This document shows positions 25,120-36,402 of a DNA stretch of 64,000 nt, piece after piece. The first letter of the stretch is position 1. Each line of letters begins with the position of its first letter. The translations under genes and the position numbers were made by a program. The stretch is from NCBI RefSeq assembly GCF_001194135.2, contig NC_069005.1, positions 21,362,398 through 21,426,397 on the forward strand, in the 5' to 3' direction. Source of the stretch: Octopus bimaculoides (lineage: Eukaryota). The notes below the pieces were generated by a model that worked only from the letters and a program-made list of their open reading frames with translations, searched no databases and was not told the DNA's origin.

Positions 25120-27079
25120 AAATATTCATCAGAGAAAATAATGGATATTTGTGTGAAAAACGTATTTTCAGTCAAAACTAGAGACTACGAAAAATGTTTC
25201 GAATTGCAACCTTCACTGAATTTTGACCAGAATTTTCCACTGTTAGACATGCCAGATGAATTACTTAACAATGAGAATAAAAACTCGTTAGATGCTTTTG
25301 AAAACCCTGCTGTTGAGTATTCAGGAAATAATTCTCATATTCCATCCAAGAGATCATGTTCCTCCAAAGAATTTGATCTCAGTTTCCAAAGATCTTTTGT
25401 GTCTGCTCGTCAGTTAAGCCAGTCAGTCAATGATTCCGTGAAATCTGAAGTTGTACAGAGAGAAAATATAAGTGGGGAAGATTTTGTTGTTCCAACTTGT
25501 AACCTAAATGAAAATCTGTATGGAGATCTAGATGGTGAGTCATTGAAAGATAATGACAGGTCCAGCAACCAGTCTTCAGTTGAGGCTGGAAATCTTTCTG
25601 AGAGTAATTACAAGTCTGTTGAAAATATTGAAAGTAATAAAAAACACCAAATAAAATCAGAAAAGATAAAACCAATGTTTGGTAATCAAACAAAAAAGAT
25701 TCTTAAGCTCAAAGATAATAATAAATCATCCAAAAATAGTGGCAATATTGAAGAAATAAATGGTAAACAAGTAGCAAAAACCAATACTGCAAGTCCGCTT
25801 AGTAATAAATCTTCTCTAAAAGAGAACTCTGGAGACAATCAGGATAAACTTCACTGCAAAGCTAAAAGCCATGTTATTCATAAAACAAGCTCTCTGCAGA
25901 TGCCAAGCAAGAATAAAAACCAAAATCCTTCTAAGAAAAGCAAATCTTCTAAATCTAAACAAGAAAACAATGGATCTTGTAAGAATGTTTGTGAAGTTCC
26001 AAATTTTGAACAGTCTAATAATAATAATAGTAATAATTTTGCATCTGGCAATTTGAAAGAAAATGAAGAAAGTGAAAATGACAGTGTTTCTAATAAGGTA
26101 AAAGAAAAAAATTCTAAAAAAGTTCCACCTCTTAAAATCTCTGCTATAAATTCTGAGATTCATGGAAATTTTCCAAAATTTAAATCTGATTTAACAGAGA
26201 AATATGTGAAAGAAAATAAGAAACAAAAAAGAATGAAGTCTAAGAATACATCTTCAAACAGTTCTAATGATACACCAGCTTCTTCTGATGTTAGAAAAAC
26301 CTTTTCGATGGTTGTCAGTGAGCAAATTGCTGAGTCTAATAGTAATATGATTACAGAAAGGGAGACAGTTATTAAAAAGCTTGAAAATTATAAGATTCCA
26401 TTGAAGTCTAAAACAGCTGACAAGAAAAAAACTGAGAGAAAGGATGAAAAAGAGAATAATGGAAATATATCTAATGAGAAAGGTCCGGCTATTGTGTCAC
26501 CTACATTTGCTGACATGAATAGTATGAATAAGCCAAGCAAAGATGACTCTGTTGACACAGATGATGAAGATAGCATTTCAGATCTTTTCCAGAAAGAAAA
26601 TATTTATGAAACTTTGGAAAATATTAACAACTCAAAACAGAATGAACAGATATCGATTGCAAGAAAGATTGGTCTTCCTACAAGTGATTCTGAAAACAGT
26701 GTTGCTATTGAAAAACCAGTCAAAAGTAAACCTAAACTGAAATCTAAATCTGACAAACACGATAAAAATAAATCAAAGTCAATAAAGCACAAGGAAAAAG
26801 ATTCAGCATCTAATAAAACACTTCATCTTAAACAGAGTACTCATCAGTCTCCAGACTCATCAGCTAAAAAGATATCATCAAAAAAAATTAAACATTCATC
26901 TAAGGCAACTGAAGGCATTTCTTGCAAAAAGTCCAAAGCTCCTGATATATTTGATAAAAAGCAGGTTAAAGACAGCACTTTGGCTGTTTCTAAAAAGAAA
27001 AGAACACATATTGACAAAAACACTGAAAACATCAAGCTCAAAAAAGCAGATTTTAAAACAAAGTCTTTTAAGAAAAATA
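25120..27079 (+). CDS. Giant low-complexity coding exon (about 653 codons, K/S/N/E-rich, predicted disordered), putative N-terminal part of the ZCWPW-type gene
   Basis: Stop-free frame of about 2 kb in AT-rich DNA. Acceptor tttatattttcttttaaatcattgacag ends at 25119 and the frame reads KYSSEKIMDICVK, with ATG at 25141. Donor AATA|gtaagt at 27080 is phase 1, matching the downstream exons. The ORF-track tail SKYIYIYTHYSF is intronic read-through. Linkage to the PWWP exons is inferred from strand and phase. Confidence 0.85.
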
Positions 27080-27280
27080 GTAAGTATATATATATATATA
27101 CACATTATTCATTTACCTATCTTCAAGCAGTTGAATGCTAAGTAAACTCTTCATGTCTTTTATGCAAAAATTTCCAATCCTCAGTCAACTATCAGCTTTC
27201 TCTAAAATGTTTTGTAGTGACACTGTGTAACAAAATTAAAAAATTTTTTTTTGTTTTGGTCAGTGTTATTTCCTACTTGC

Positions 27281-27664
27281 TTGTTGTTGGCACTCCATCG
27301 CTTACGACGTCGAGGGTTCCAGTTGTTCCGATCAACGGAACAGCCTGCTCGTGAAATTAACGTGCAAGTGGCTGAGCACTCCACAGACACCTGTACCCTT
27401 AATGTAGTTCTTGGGGATATTCAGCTTGAGACAGTGTGACAAGGCTGACCCTTTGAATTACAGGCACAACAGAAACAGAAAGTAAGAGTGAGAGAAAGTT
27501 GTGGTGAAAGAGTACAGCAGGGTTCGCTACCATCACCTGCCGGAGCCTCGTGGAGCTTTAGGTGTTTTCGCTCAATAAACACTCTCAACGCCCGGTCTGG
27601 GAATCGAAACGCGATTCTATGACCGCGAGTCCGCTGCCCTAACCATTGGGCCATTGCGCCTCCA
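27281..27664 (-). mobile_element. Full-length tRNA-derived SINE family C
   Basis: Minus head ggaggcgcaatggcccaatggttagggcagcggactcgcgg...gtttcgattccc (A and B boxes) and a (CAA)n tail. Inserted into the left end of a family M MITE. Confidence 0.88.
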
Positions 27665-28155
27665 CCTATCTAACTGTAGCAGAAGCACAACCAACAGCAG
27701 AACATATGAGAATGAGTAACACCATCAACCATGATCCTGTAGCGATGAAATCAATTGTGTCCCTTTTTATTTTAATTGCAACACATAGAAAAAAATGGAT
27801 GAGTCCACATAAAACTTATATATGTCATGTGACTGGTGGTTTTTAATTATTTAAACAAACATACAACATTTATTATATATTCATTAGGAGTTCAATACAC
27901 GGTACATTCTTTCAGGGTTGATAAAATAAGTACCAGTCAAGCACTGAGGTCAATGTAATTGACTTACTCCCTCTCCTGAAGTTGCTAGTCTTGTGCCAAA
28001 ATTTGAAATTAGTAATTAAATGAAGATTTCCAGTATTAATATTAAGCCATAAATTTATTTTGTTGGATTACAAATGACTCAATCTAGTTCACTCCATATT
28101 TTGTACTTGGTACATAGCTTATTGACTCTCATAGGATGAAAGACAAACTTAATCC

Positions 28156-28555
28156 CAGGAATGGCTGTGTGGTAAGTAGCTTGCTTACCAACCACATGGT
28201 TCCGGATTCCGTGTTCAGTCCCACTGCGTGGCATCTTGGGCAAGTGTCTTCTACTATAGTCTCGGGCCGACCAAAGCCTTGTGAGTGGATTTGGTAGACG
28301 TAAACTGAAAGAAGCCCGTCGTATATATGTATATATATATGTGTGTGTTTGTGTGTCTGTGTTTGTCCCCCTAGCATTGCGTGACAACAAATGCTGGTGT
28401 GTTTATGTCCCTGTAACTTAGCGGTTCGGCAAAAGAGACCGATAGAATAAGTACCAGGCTTACAAAGAATAAGTCCTGGGGTCGATTTGCTCGACTAAAG
28501 GCGGTGCTCCAGCATGGCCGCAGTCAAATGACTGAAACAAGTAAAAGAGAGAGAG
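28156..28555 (+). mobile_element. SINE family A (young)
   Basis: Near-consensus copy. Confidence 0.88.
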
Positions 28556-29004
28556 ATCTAGAACTCATATTGGAAGAACATGAAGTACTCGGAGGCATTA
28601 GATCCTCTTGCAACTACGAAAATAACAAGCAAAAAGAACCCAAAAGTGGTTATTTTCTTGATGCTATTATGTTTGTAAATAGAATTAAAATATGCAAGAT
28701 CATATGTCATGTATAACAAAAGGAATCTTCTTTTAACAAGTGTTTGGTTGATAACAAGAACCATTGTCTTATAATTGTATGTTGCTCCAACTAGATGCTA
28801 AAGTTCAAATTAATGAAAGTCATTTCAGCTCAGGAAAATACTTGCATGTTGAAAATGGATATGAAGCAAATGTATGAAACAAAAAATTGACTTAAAACAA
28901 TTAAGAAAAGAAATTTGATTGACGTCTTTCTTAGTAACACAACATTGTATAATGAATTAATTAATCAATTGTTTTTCCAATTTATATATATTTTTTTTTA
29001 TCAG

Positions 29005-29019
29005 ATGGTTTTGCTGCAG
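29005..29019 (+). CDS. 15-nt microexon (N-G-F-A-A), phase 1-1
   Basis: ttttttttta-tcag|ATGGTTTTGCTGCAG|gtaatt. Long T tract, canonical AG and GT, and it keeps frame between 27079 and 34298. Confidence 0.6.
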
Positions 29020-29756
29020 GTAATTTTAATTTAGTATTTCAAAAAATATTATTTGAATTTATGTCTGTACTGGTATTGTATTAAAAATTAAGTGCTATTG
29101 TTATTGATCTGTAGATTCCAATAGCAGCATTTGACTTGTACATTAACTATTATGTATAAATAAAGAATGTGGTTTGATGTGGTTTTGAAATAGGAAATAC
29201 ATGGTGTAGCCATGTACTTACTAATATAGGTTTGAATTTATTGTTTGAACTGCTTTTAGAATCTATGAGAACTGGTGTATAGGGTTTCATACTTGAATAA
29301 ATTTAATTTTTAGAATGTTTAACTTTCTAAAAGTATTCTACTTCCCTTGAAGAGATTGGTAGATTAATCAAAAATAGAACAATTTAAGTAAGAAGTACAC
29401 TTCCTTCTTGTTGATTCTGACATCTATATATGGAAATATTGATTTACTTCAATAAAATGCTATATGCTGATGATATAAAAGATCTGTGCAATTTTTGAAG
29501 AAAGAGCTTATCTTAATAAAACGAAGAAAGGAAAGAAAGATGCAAATTTTGCCTATTTGAAAAGGCAAATGAATCAAAACATTTTGTCTAAATTTATCTT
29601 ATGTGAAAGTTCAGAATATGTTATATTGAACCACAAACTTCTATCACTCACGAACAAAGATGCTGATATTGTATTCAGTTGGACAGTGTATAACTTTATT
29701 ATTTAGCGTCATTGATCATTATTTAATGTCATTGGTGGTAATATTGACTGCATTAA

Positions 29757-29927
29757 CCCTTTCAATACCAACCCAGCTGAAACTAGCTCTGTAGTAAAAA
29801 TGTTTTGTTTTCATAAGTTTTGAATTAAAATGTTCAAACCTTAGTCACAATAAGTTATTTTACTAAATTCTTTGTTATAATTGAAAGAAACAAAGAGCAT
29901 CTCAAAATAAATACGGTAACGAAAGGG
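29757..29927 (+). mobile_element. piggyBac-type MITE family 2
   Basis: TTAA|ccctttcaatacc ... ggtaacgaaaggg|TTAA. Confidence 0.82.
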
Positions 29928-30269
29928 TTAAATATTGCAATTATTTTTATGTCTAAAATTCATTGTAGCTACAAGAATTTTCAAGAGTTGTTAACATTTC
30001 ATTAGCACTGAAATTATTCAATTTGTCTAAGCAAAATTAAATAAAACAGCAAACTGCATCAGTGTTAAATATTGATCTATGTGGATACATGTTTATTATT
30101 AATGATATTATATTCAAGGCAGTGAGCTGGCAGAACTGTTAGCACACCAGGCAAAATGCTTAGCTGCATTCTTCATGTTCTGAGTTCAAATTCTGCTCAG
30201 GCTGACTTTGCCTTTCATCCTTTTGGGGGTCAATAAAATAAGTACCAGTCAAACTGGTACTTACTTTAT

Positions 30270-30603
30270 TATATATATGGTGGTTGTCTACTCCTTAAAC
30301 AGAGTTTGACCACCTCCTGCACCTACACCTTACCCCTTTCATGGCGTCTGATGTGGCTTTTTAAACCAGACAGTGTTTTGAAAAAACACCCACACAGATT
30401 GCACCTCTGATTTGCACTACCAATACCTGCAAGTAAGTTCTGCTCATTGTGGATCCTAACATGTCTTTTAAGACCCCCATTGGATTTGCAAACCCTCTGG
30501 CACACACCACATTCAAACGTGTGCACAGACATATAATCAGAATAGCTGGATGAGGTTTGTTTTCCATGGGTTCGCAGGTGAGATTTGAGGCCAGCCAAGG
30601 ACA

Positions 30604-30606
<3 letters not shown>
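30270..30606 (-). mobile_element. 3' end of an RTE-like LINE encoding C2H2 zinc fingers, with 3' UTR stem-loop and (TA)n tail
   Basis: LAGLKSHLRTH, CGVCQRVCKSNGGLKRHVRIH and CNLCGCFFKTLSGLKSHIRRH (both C-x2-C-x12-H-x3-H), stop at 30323-30325, then a ggtggt...accacc stem and atatatat. Confidence 0.75.
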
Positions 30607-30668
<62 letters not shown>

Positions 30669-30671
30669 ATT

Positions 30672-31130
30672 TAGATGTCGCTGGCACCAAACATGTGACC
30701 CCAAGCCACATATGCTTTTGCTGCCCTTTGAATTTGCAGCTGTATTTCTTATTTCTTTATTGTCCACAAGGGGCTAAACATAGAGGGGACAAACAAGGAC
30801 AGACTAAGGGATTAAGTTGATTAGATCGACTCCAGTGCGTAACTAGTACTTAATTTATCAACCCAGAAAGGATGAAAGGCAAAGTGGACCTCGGCGGAAT
30901 CTGAACTCGGAACATAATGGCAGACTAAATACCGCTAGGCATTTCGCCCAGCGTGCTAACATTTCTGCCAGCTCGCCACCTTTAAGCCTATTTCTGCAGC
31001 TGTATTTCCGTATCAAGATTTCTATCATTTTGAACAGAGGCCCTGTTTAAAGGTGCAATGATGAATTCCAGCATTGCAAATGCAGGCAAAACACTTGCTG
31101 GCCACAGTTTCATAGTCTCTGTTGCAGCTG
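30672..31130 (-). mobile_element. RTE reverse-transcriptase remnant (domain 7/thumb), interrupted by a family B SINE
   Basis: Removing the SINE gives SVQNDRNLDTEIQLQIQRAAKAY, then after a frameshift LGSHVWCQRHL. This matches the RTE pattern DxxLDxEIxxRIxKAxxAFGxLxxxVW. Confidence 0.65.
30749..30994 (-). mobile_element. SINE family B with 14-bp TSD
   Basis: tgcagctgtatttc at 30735-30748 and 30995-31008. Confidence 0.88.
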
Positions 31131-31149
31131 TTCATGTCACATCTTACAG

Positions 31150-31397
31150 CCTTTACAGTTTATGCCAGAAGGTTTGCAAATCCAACAGAGGCCTCAAAAG
31201 ACATTTTAAGATCCACAAAGAGCAGAATTTATCTACAGCTCTTGGTGGTCCAAATCGAAGGTTCGACCTATGTGGGTGTCTTTTCAGAGCATTGTCTGGT
31301 CTAAAAAGCCACACCAGATGCCATGATGGTGCTAAGGTGTAGCTACAGGAGGTGGTCAAATTCTGCATAAGTAGTAGACAACCACCATATATATATA
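31150..31397 (+). mobile_element. Second, decayed RTE-like 3' end with C2H2 fingers
   Basis: LCQKVCKSNRGLKRHFKIH and FDLCGCLFRALSGLKSHTRCH, the same KV-stop, the same stem (31351-31386) and TA tail as the copy at 30270. The first Cys of both fingers is lost. Confidence 0.75.
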
Positions 31398-32796
31398 GTA
31401 TAGTCTTCTACCTAGTTGGCTCCTATCAAACCATCCAACCCATGCCTGCATGAAAAGTGGCCATTAAATGATGATGATGATACACACACATACACATACA
31501 TATTTACACCATAATCATTCAATATATGTTTTAGGGTATCTTTCATTGGCTAGGTGTTGGAAAATAATGAGCATGATTATTCATTTAATGGATTAAAATT
31601 ACAAATATTTCTTCTTTGAGGGGTAATTTTGGAGGAGCCAGAAGCTTTAATTCCACTGTTGTAGAAAGTAAAAGCTATTTCCCAAAACAGATCATGGGTC
31701 ATGCCTATGAGATCAAAACAATCTTATATCAGGAAATAGATGTTTTCTACTGTCTAAATATATTCGTTTCTTTGTGACAACTTTGCATGTAAAAAGATCC
31801 TAGATACTTAATAAGTTCATTCATCTAGCATGATTTCTGTAGATCATGAGAAATAAACCACCAGTTTTCTCTTGGCATGTACTTGCATATTTAAACATAT
31901 CAGAAAAAGTGTGTAAACAAGCCTTTTTTTTATATAGATAATAAAGTACACAAACACACACACACACACACACACACACGTTTAACAACTCAAAATTATT
32001 ATGAATGAGCTAGATAAACAAGAATGAAAAATCTTTTCCTTTTTCTCTATGTAAGATTATATCTTTATATAACAATTACATGGGTGGTTCAGGTATGATA
32101 ATCAGATTAAAACATTACTCCACCTCCATTTTAGGCTGTAAACAAAACCATAACTGGTATTATTATTACTGACAACCACTGAGAAGAGGCTTTTTTAAAG
32201 TTTCTTTTTTACTTGTTTCAGTCATTGGACTGCAGCCAAGCTGGGGCACTGCCTTGAAGTGTTTAGTTAAACAGATTGACCCCAGTGCTTATTTTTTTAA
32301 GCCTGATACTTATTCTATCAATCTCTTTTAATGAACTGCTAAGTTGTAGAGATGTAAATAAACCAACACTGGTTGTCAAGTGGTGGTGAGAGGGAAACAC
32401 ACAAAGAGATACACACATGGATATACTATACAAACACACATGTGCATGCACATACACACACATATGCATATATATATATATGTGACAGGCTTCTTTCAGT
32501 TTCTGTCTACCAAATCTACTCACAAAGCTTTGGTCAGCCCAGGGTCATAGTAGAAGACACTTGACCATGGTACCGTTCATTAGGACTGAACACAGAACCA
32601 TGTGGTTGGGAAGCAAGCTTCTTACTTCACAGCCATTCCTTTCAATGCTTTTTCTTAATTTTCTGATTAAGTTATATACATTTCCTGAAAAACTGTAAAA
32701 TTTTATGCTGTTTACATGATAGAAATTTTGACTGAAATACACAAATAAATAGAAATGTTATTAGAAATTAAGAGCTTTTAGAAAAGTTATTATCAA

Positions 32797-32827
<31 letters not shown>

Positions 32828-33244
32828 CCTTAGGTTAAATACCACATCAACATTTTCCTTCAAATATAGAATGGCTAGATTATAGAAAATTTAAAATGAA
32901 TAAAATTATCTGATAGAACAAAATAAACTATAAATATTTTATGATTGCTTTGGGAATAAAGTTCCTGATCCTGAAATTTCTTGGAAATTGATTTTTCTTT
33001 GTATGTGTGGGCTTTCATAATTTCATTCAAAAGGTTTACTCTCTACACTATAAAACCATCAAGCTGTAGATCAGCCTATAGTGAAATCTGCTTTTCACAA
33101 TCAACTCTGTTTATCTTTTAACTGACATGCTCTACTGCCAGTCATGTCAGGATTAGTTTACTGTCTTTTCCAAGATACTGCACACTGCCACTACAAGTGA
33201 GAGAGGAACTTGTTACTGGTTGTTTATCATTTCATTTCATTTAA

Positions 33245-33462
33245 CCTCTTGCAGATGGGAAGCGGTACTAACTGCATTGAAATACTATGTGTGTGAGCAG
33301 TGCAATGTCTTGCTCTGTACAGCACTGTTTTCAGATATACCACACTGAAAACACTATGTAAATACACTCTAAAATTTCTTGTATGAAAAATTATGTAGTT
33401 ACTGAACAGCCTAATACCAGTACACAGCACAGACTGTCAGTACTAAATCCGTCTGCAAGGGG
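33245..33462 (+). mobile_element. 218-bp piggyBac deletion derivative retaining the cysteine-rich domain
   Basis: TTAA|cctcttgcagatgg ... ccgtctgcaagggg|TTAA (12/14 TIR match). The inside reads CEQCNVLLC, then after a frameshift HCFQIYHTENTM-stop. Confidence 0.82.
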
Positions 33463-33648
33463 TTAATGCCTGTTTATCCATGCTTGTTTGGCTAAGACTA
33501 GAGGTAACTGAGACAAGATTTTTACAGTGAGATACTGCTGCCAACCCTTACCAGTTTTTCAAGTAAAAGGTTTTTTTGTTTTTATCTTGAGAAATTTGGA
33601 AGTGCAGAGACAAAGGTACAAACAAGCATGTATACACACACACGCGTG

Positions 33649-33679
<31 letters not shown>

Positions 33680-34297
33680 TGACTTTCTTCCCATTTCTGT
33701 CTAACAAATTAATTCACTGTGTTTTGATTGGTTTGGGACTGTAGTAGAAGACACTTGTCCAAGGTGGGACTGAACCTGAAACCATGTGGCTGGGCAGCAG
33801 ACCTCCTAACCACCACAGCCATGCCTACATCTTGCATATGCAATTAAGAGTCTTACATTGATCTGTCTGTCGTGTTCTTGAGATTATCTTTCCTAATTTC
33901 ACAAATATATGCTCTTCTTGTTATCAGCCATTATACAGCATCAACTGAATGAGTTTTTATCTTGCCACCCACACTAGAGAGGCTGTCTAACACGAGCGAA
34001 GAGCCTCTTTGACACTATCAATTTTTATTCGGATTTATTTCTCATCTGGGTTAGTTGCCTTCACTGCAGCTTGCAGATTCCATGTCTCCTTTGTGCAGGA
34101 TGAAAGTCAAAGGAGAGGAAAGAGGTGAAGAGAGATGGAAGTTAGACAGAAAAGAAAATCTAGTTTAAATAAATGAATAAATAATTATTCTCTTAACCTT
34201 GTGTCTTTGTGAAGCCATCTTTGAATATGTGTGATACTGTCATGTATATATAATATTCGTTTCCTTTAAATATATTGAAAGTGTGCTTCTCCTTTAG

Positions 34298-34369
34298 GAT
34301 CCATTCCTCATAAATCTAAAGTACCTTGCAAGAAAAAGTGCATGCAGGCAAGAAGTATATATGAATCTG
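34298..34369 (+). CDS. 72-nt exon GSIPHKSKVPCKKKCMQARSIYES, phase 1-1
   Basis: gtgtgcttctcctttag|GATCC...GAATCTG|gtaatt. Open in the phase demanded by the upstream exons. Confidence 0.7.
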
Positions 34370-34433
34370 GTAATTGTTGATTTATATATTTTATATATTA
34401 ATTCCTTTGGTTTGCATCTCTCTCTCTCTCTCT

Positions 34434-35131
34434 NNNNNNNNNNNNNNNNNNNNNNNNNNNNNNNNNNNNNNNNNNNNNNNNNNNNNNNNNNNNNNNNNNN
34501 NNNNNNNNNNNNNNNNNNNNNNNNNNNNNNNNNNNNNNNNNNNNNNNNNNNNNNNNNNNNNNNNNNNNNNNNNNNNNNNNNNNNNNNNNNNNNNNNNNNN
34601 NNNNNNNNNNNNNNNNNNNNNNNNNNNNNNNNNNNNNNNNNNNNNNNNNNNNNNNNNNNNNNNNNNNNNNNNNNNNNNNNNNNNNNNNNNNNNNNNNNNN
34701 NNNNNNNNNNNNNNNNNNNNNNNNNNNNNNNNNNNNNNNNNNNNNNNNNNNNNNNNNNNNNNNNNNNNNNNNNNNNNNNNNNNNNNNNNNNNNNNNNNNN
34801 NNNNNNNNNNNNNNNNNNNNNNNNNNNNNNNNNNNNNNNNNNNNNNNNNNNNNNNNNNNNNNNNNNNNNNNNNNNNNNNNNNNNNNNNNNNNNNNNNNNN
34901 NNNNNNNNNNNNNNNNNNNNNNNNNNNNNNNNNNNNNNNNNNNNNNNNNNNNNNNNNNNNNNNNNNNNNNNNNNNNNNNNNNNNNNNNNNNNNNNNNNNN
35001 NNNNNNNNNNNNNNNNNNNNNNNNNNNNNNNNNNNNNNNNNNNNNNNNNNNNNNNNNNNNNNNNNNNNNNNNNNNNNNNNNNNNNNNNNNNNNNNNNNNN
35101 NNNNNNNNNNNNNNNNNNNNNNNNNNNNNNN
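34434..35131. other. Assembly gap (698 N), the probable location of the CW-core exon
   Basis: It is the only N run between the exon at 34298-34369 and the exon at 44987. Other gaps: 4496-4589, 11776-11785, 17668-17677, 19602-19990, 21559-21806, 53164-53247, 56143-56351, 58033-58203, 61881-62608. Confidence 0.6.
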
Positions 35132-35212
35132 CGGTTACATTCTTTGACAACTATTGCAAGAAGTCAAAGCAAGGAGACAGTAACTTACTTTTATATCCTT
35201 GCATTGGATATA

Positions 35213-35339
35213 CAGGGTGTCCACAAGGTCTGGGTACATGGAGTAAATAAAATCATAACATAAACAATTAAATATAAGAAATAATAATTTCTTAAAGTAT
35301 GTGTTAATCCACATGTACTCAGACTTTGTGGACACACTG
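35213..35339. mobile_element. 127-bp Tc1/mariner MITE
   Basis: TA|cagggtgtccacaaggtctgggtacatg ... catgtactcagactttgtggacacactg|TA. Confidence 0.82.
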
Positions 35340-36402
35340 TATAACAAAGCAGTGGGGGGGGGAGAAAGTATATATATGATGCACTACTATTACTATTACA
35401 CGAGACTCAACACTATATGAAAGGCTCACAGTGAACTGCTTACCAACTTGAACTGCTAATTGCTCACAGTTCTTTAATTTATAACAATGAGTCAGTCCAC
35501 CTTTAGTCACTTGGTGGGTGGTCGGAATCCTTACACAAATACATACATATAGGCACAGATGTGGCTGTGTGGTAAGGAGCTTACTTCCCAACCACTTGGT
35601 TCTGTGTTCAGTCTCACTGTGTGGTACTTTGGACAAGTGTCTTCTATCATAGCCTTGGGCCAACCAAAACCTTGTGAGTGGATTTGGTAGACAAAAACTG
35701 AAAGAAGCCCACTATGTGTGTGTATTAGTGTCTAGGTTTGTCCTCTCACCACCACTTGACAACCAGTGTTGGTGTGTTATGTCCTGTAACTTAACATTTT
35801 GGCATAAGTGATTGATAGAATAAGTACTAATCTTAAAAAATAAGTCCTGGGGTTGATTTGTTCAATTAAAAACCCTTAAAGGTGGTGCCCCCAGCATGCG
35901 CGCAGTCAAATTACTGAAACAAGTAAAAGATATATATATATACAATGGACTTCCTTTAGTTTCCATTTACCGAATTCACTCACAAGGCTTTGGTTGGCCT
36001 GAGGCTATAGTCAAAGTCACTTGCTCAAAGTACCACACAGTGGGACTGAACCTGGAACCATGTGGTATGGAAGTAAACTGCTTTCCACACAACCATACCT
36101 AGGCCTCCTCTATTTATTTTTCATATAAATAACCCTACAGCAAAAACCTGTCCTTGTTGCTTTATCATACTTTAATCTCTCATCATCTGGCAAAAAAGCC
36201 ATCTTCCTCAATACTATCCACCACCTCAGTTGAGGGGGTCTTGTCTTGCAAATTACCTGATGACCTCACTGGTGGCAGTGCCACCTAAAATTGCACCCAA
36301 TACATTCTGTAAAGTAGTTGGCATTAGGATGAGCATCAAGCCATAGAAGCCATGCCAAACCAGACATAAGAGCTTGTCCCAGTTATCAGGCCTTTACTTC
36401 TT

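Noticed and set aside
27590-27664. tRNA gene
   Set aside because: The A and B boxes belong to a SINE head that continues into a SINE body and tail. There is no complete cloverleaf. The same applies to the other SINE heads.
30323-31342. Two stand-alone C2H2 zinc-finger genes
   Set aside because: There are no TGEKP linkers. Both end in a LINE-type stem-loop and TA tail next to an RT remnant, and the + copy has lost Cys ligands. They are treated as retroelement ends.
34361-35263. Long ORFs of 200-300 aa at 19431-20134, 21271-21891, 34361-35263 and 61808-62775
   Set aside because: They are open only because N runs translate as X. The sole real coding part is the Dong fragment at 19177-19601.
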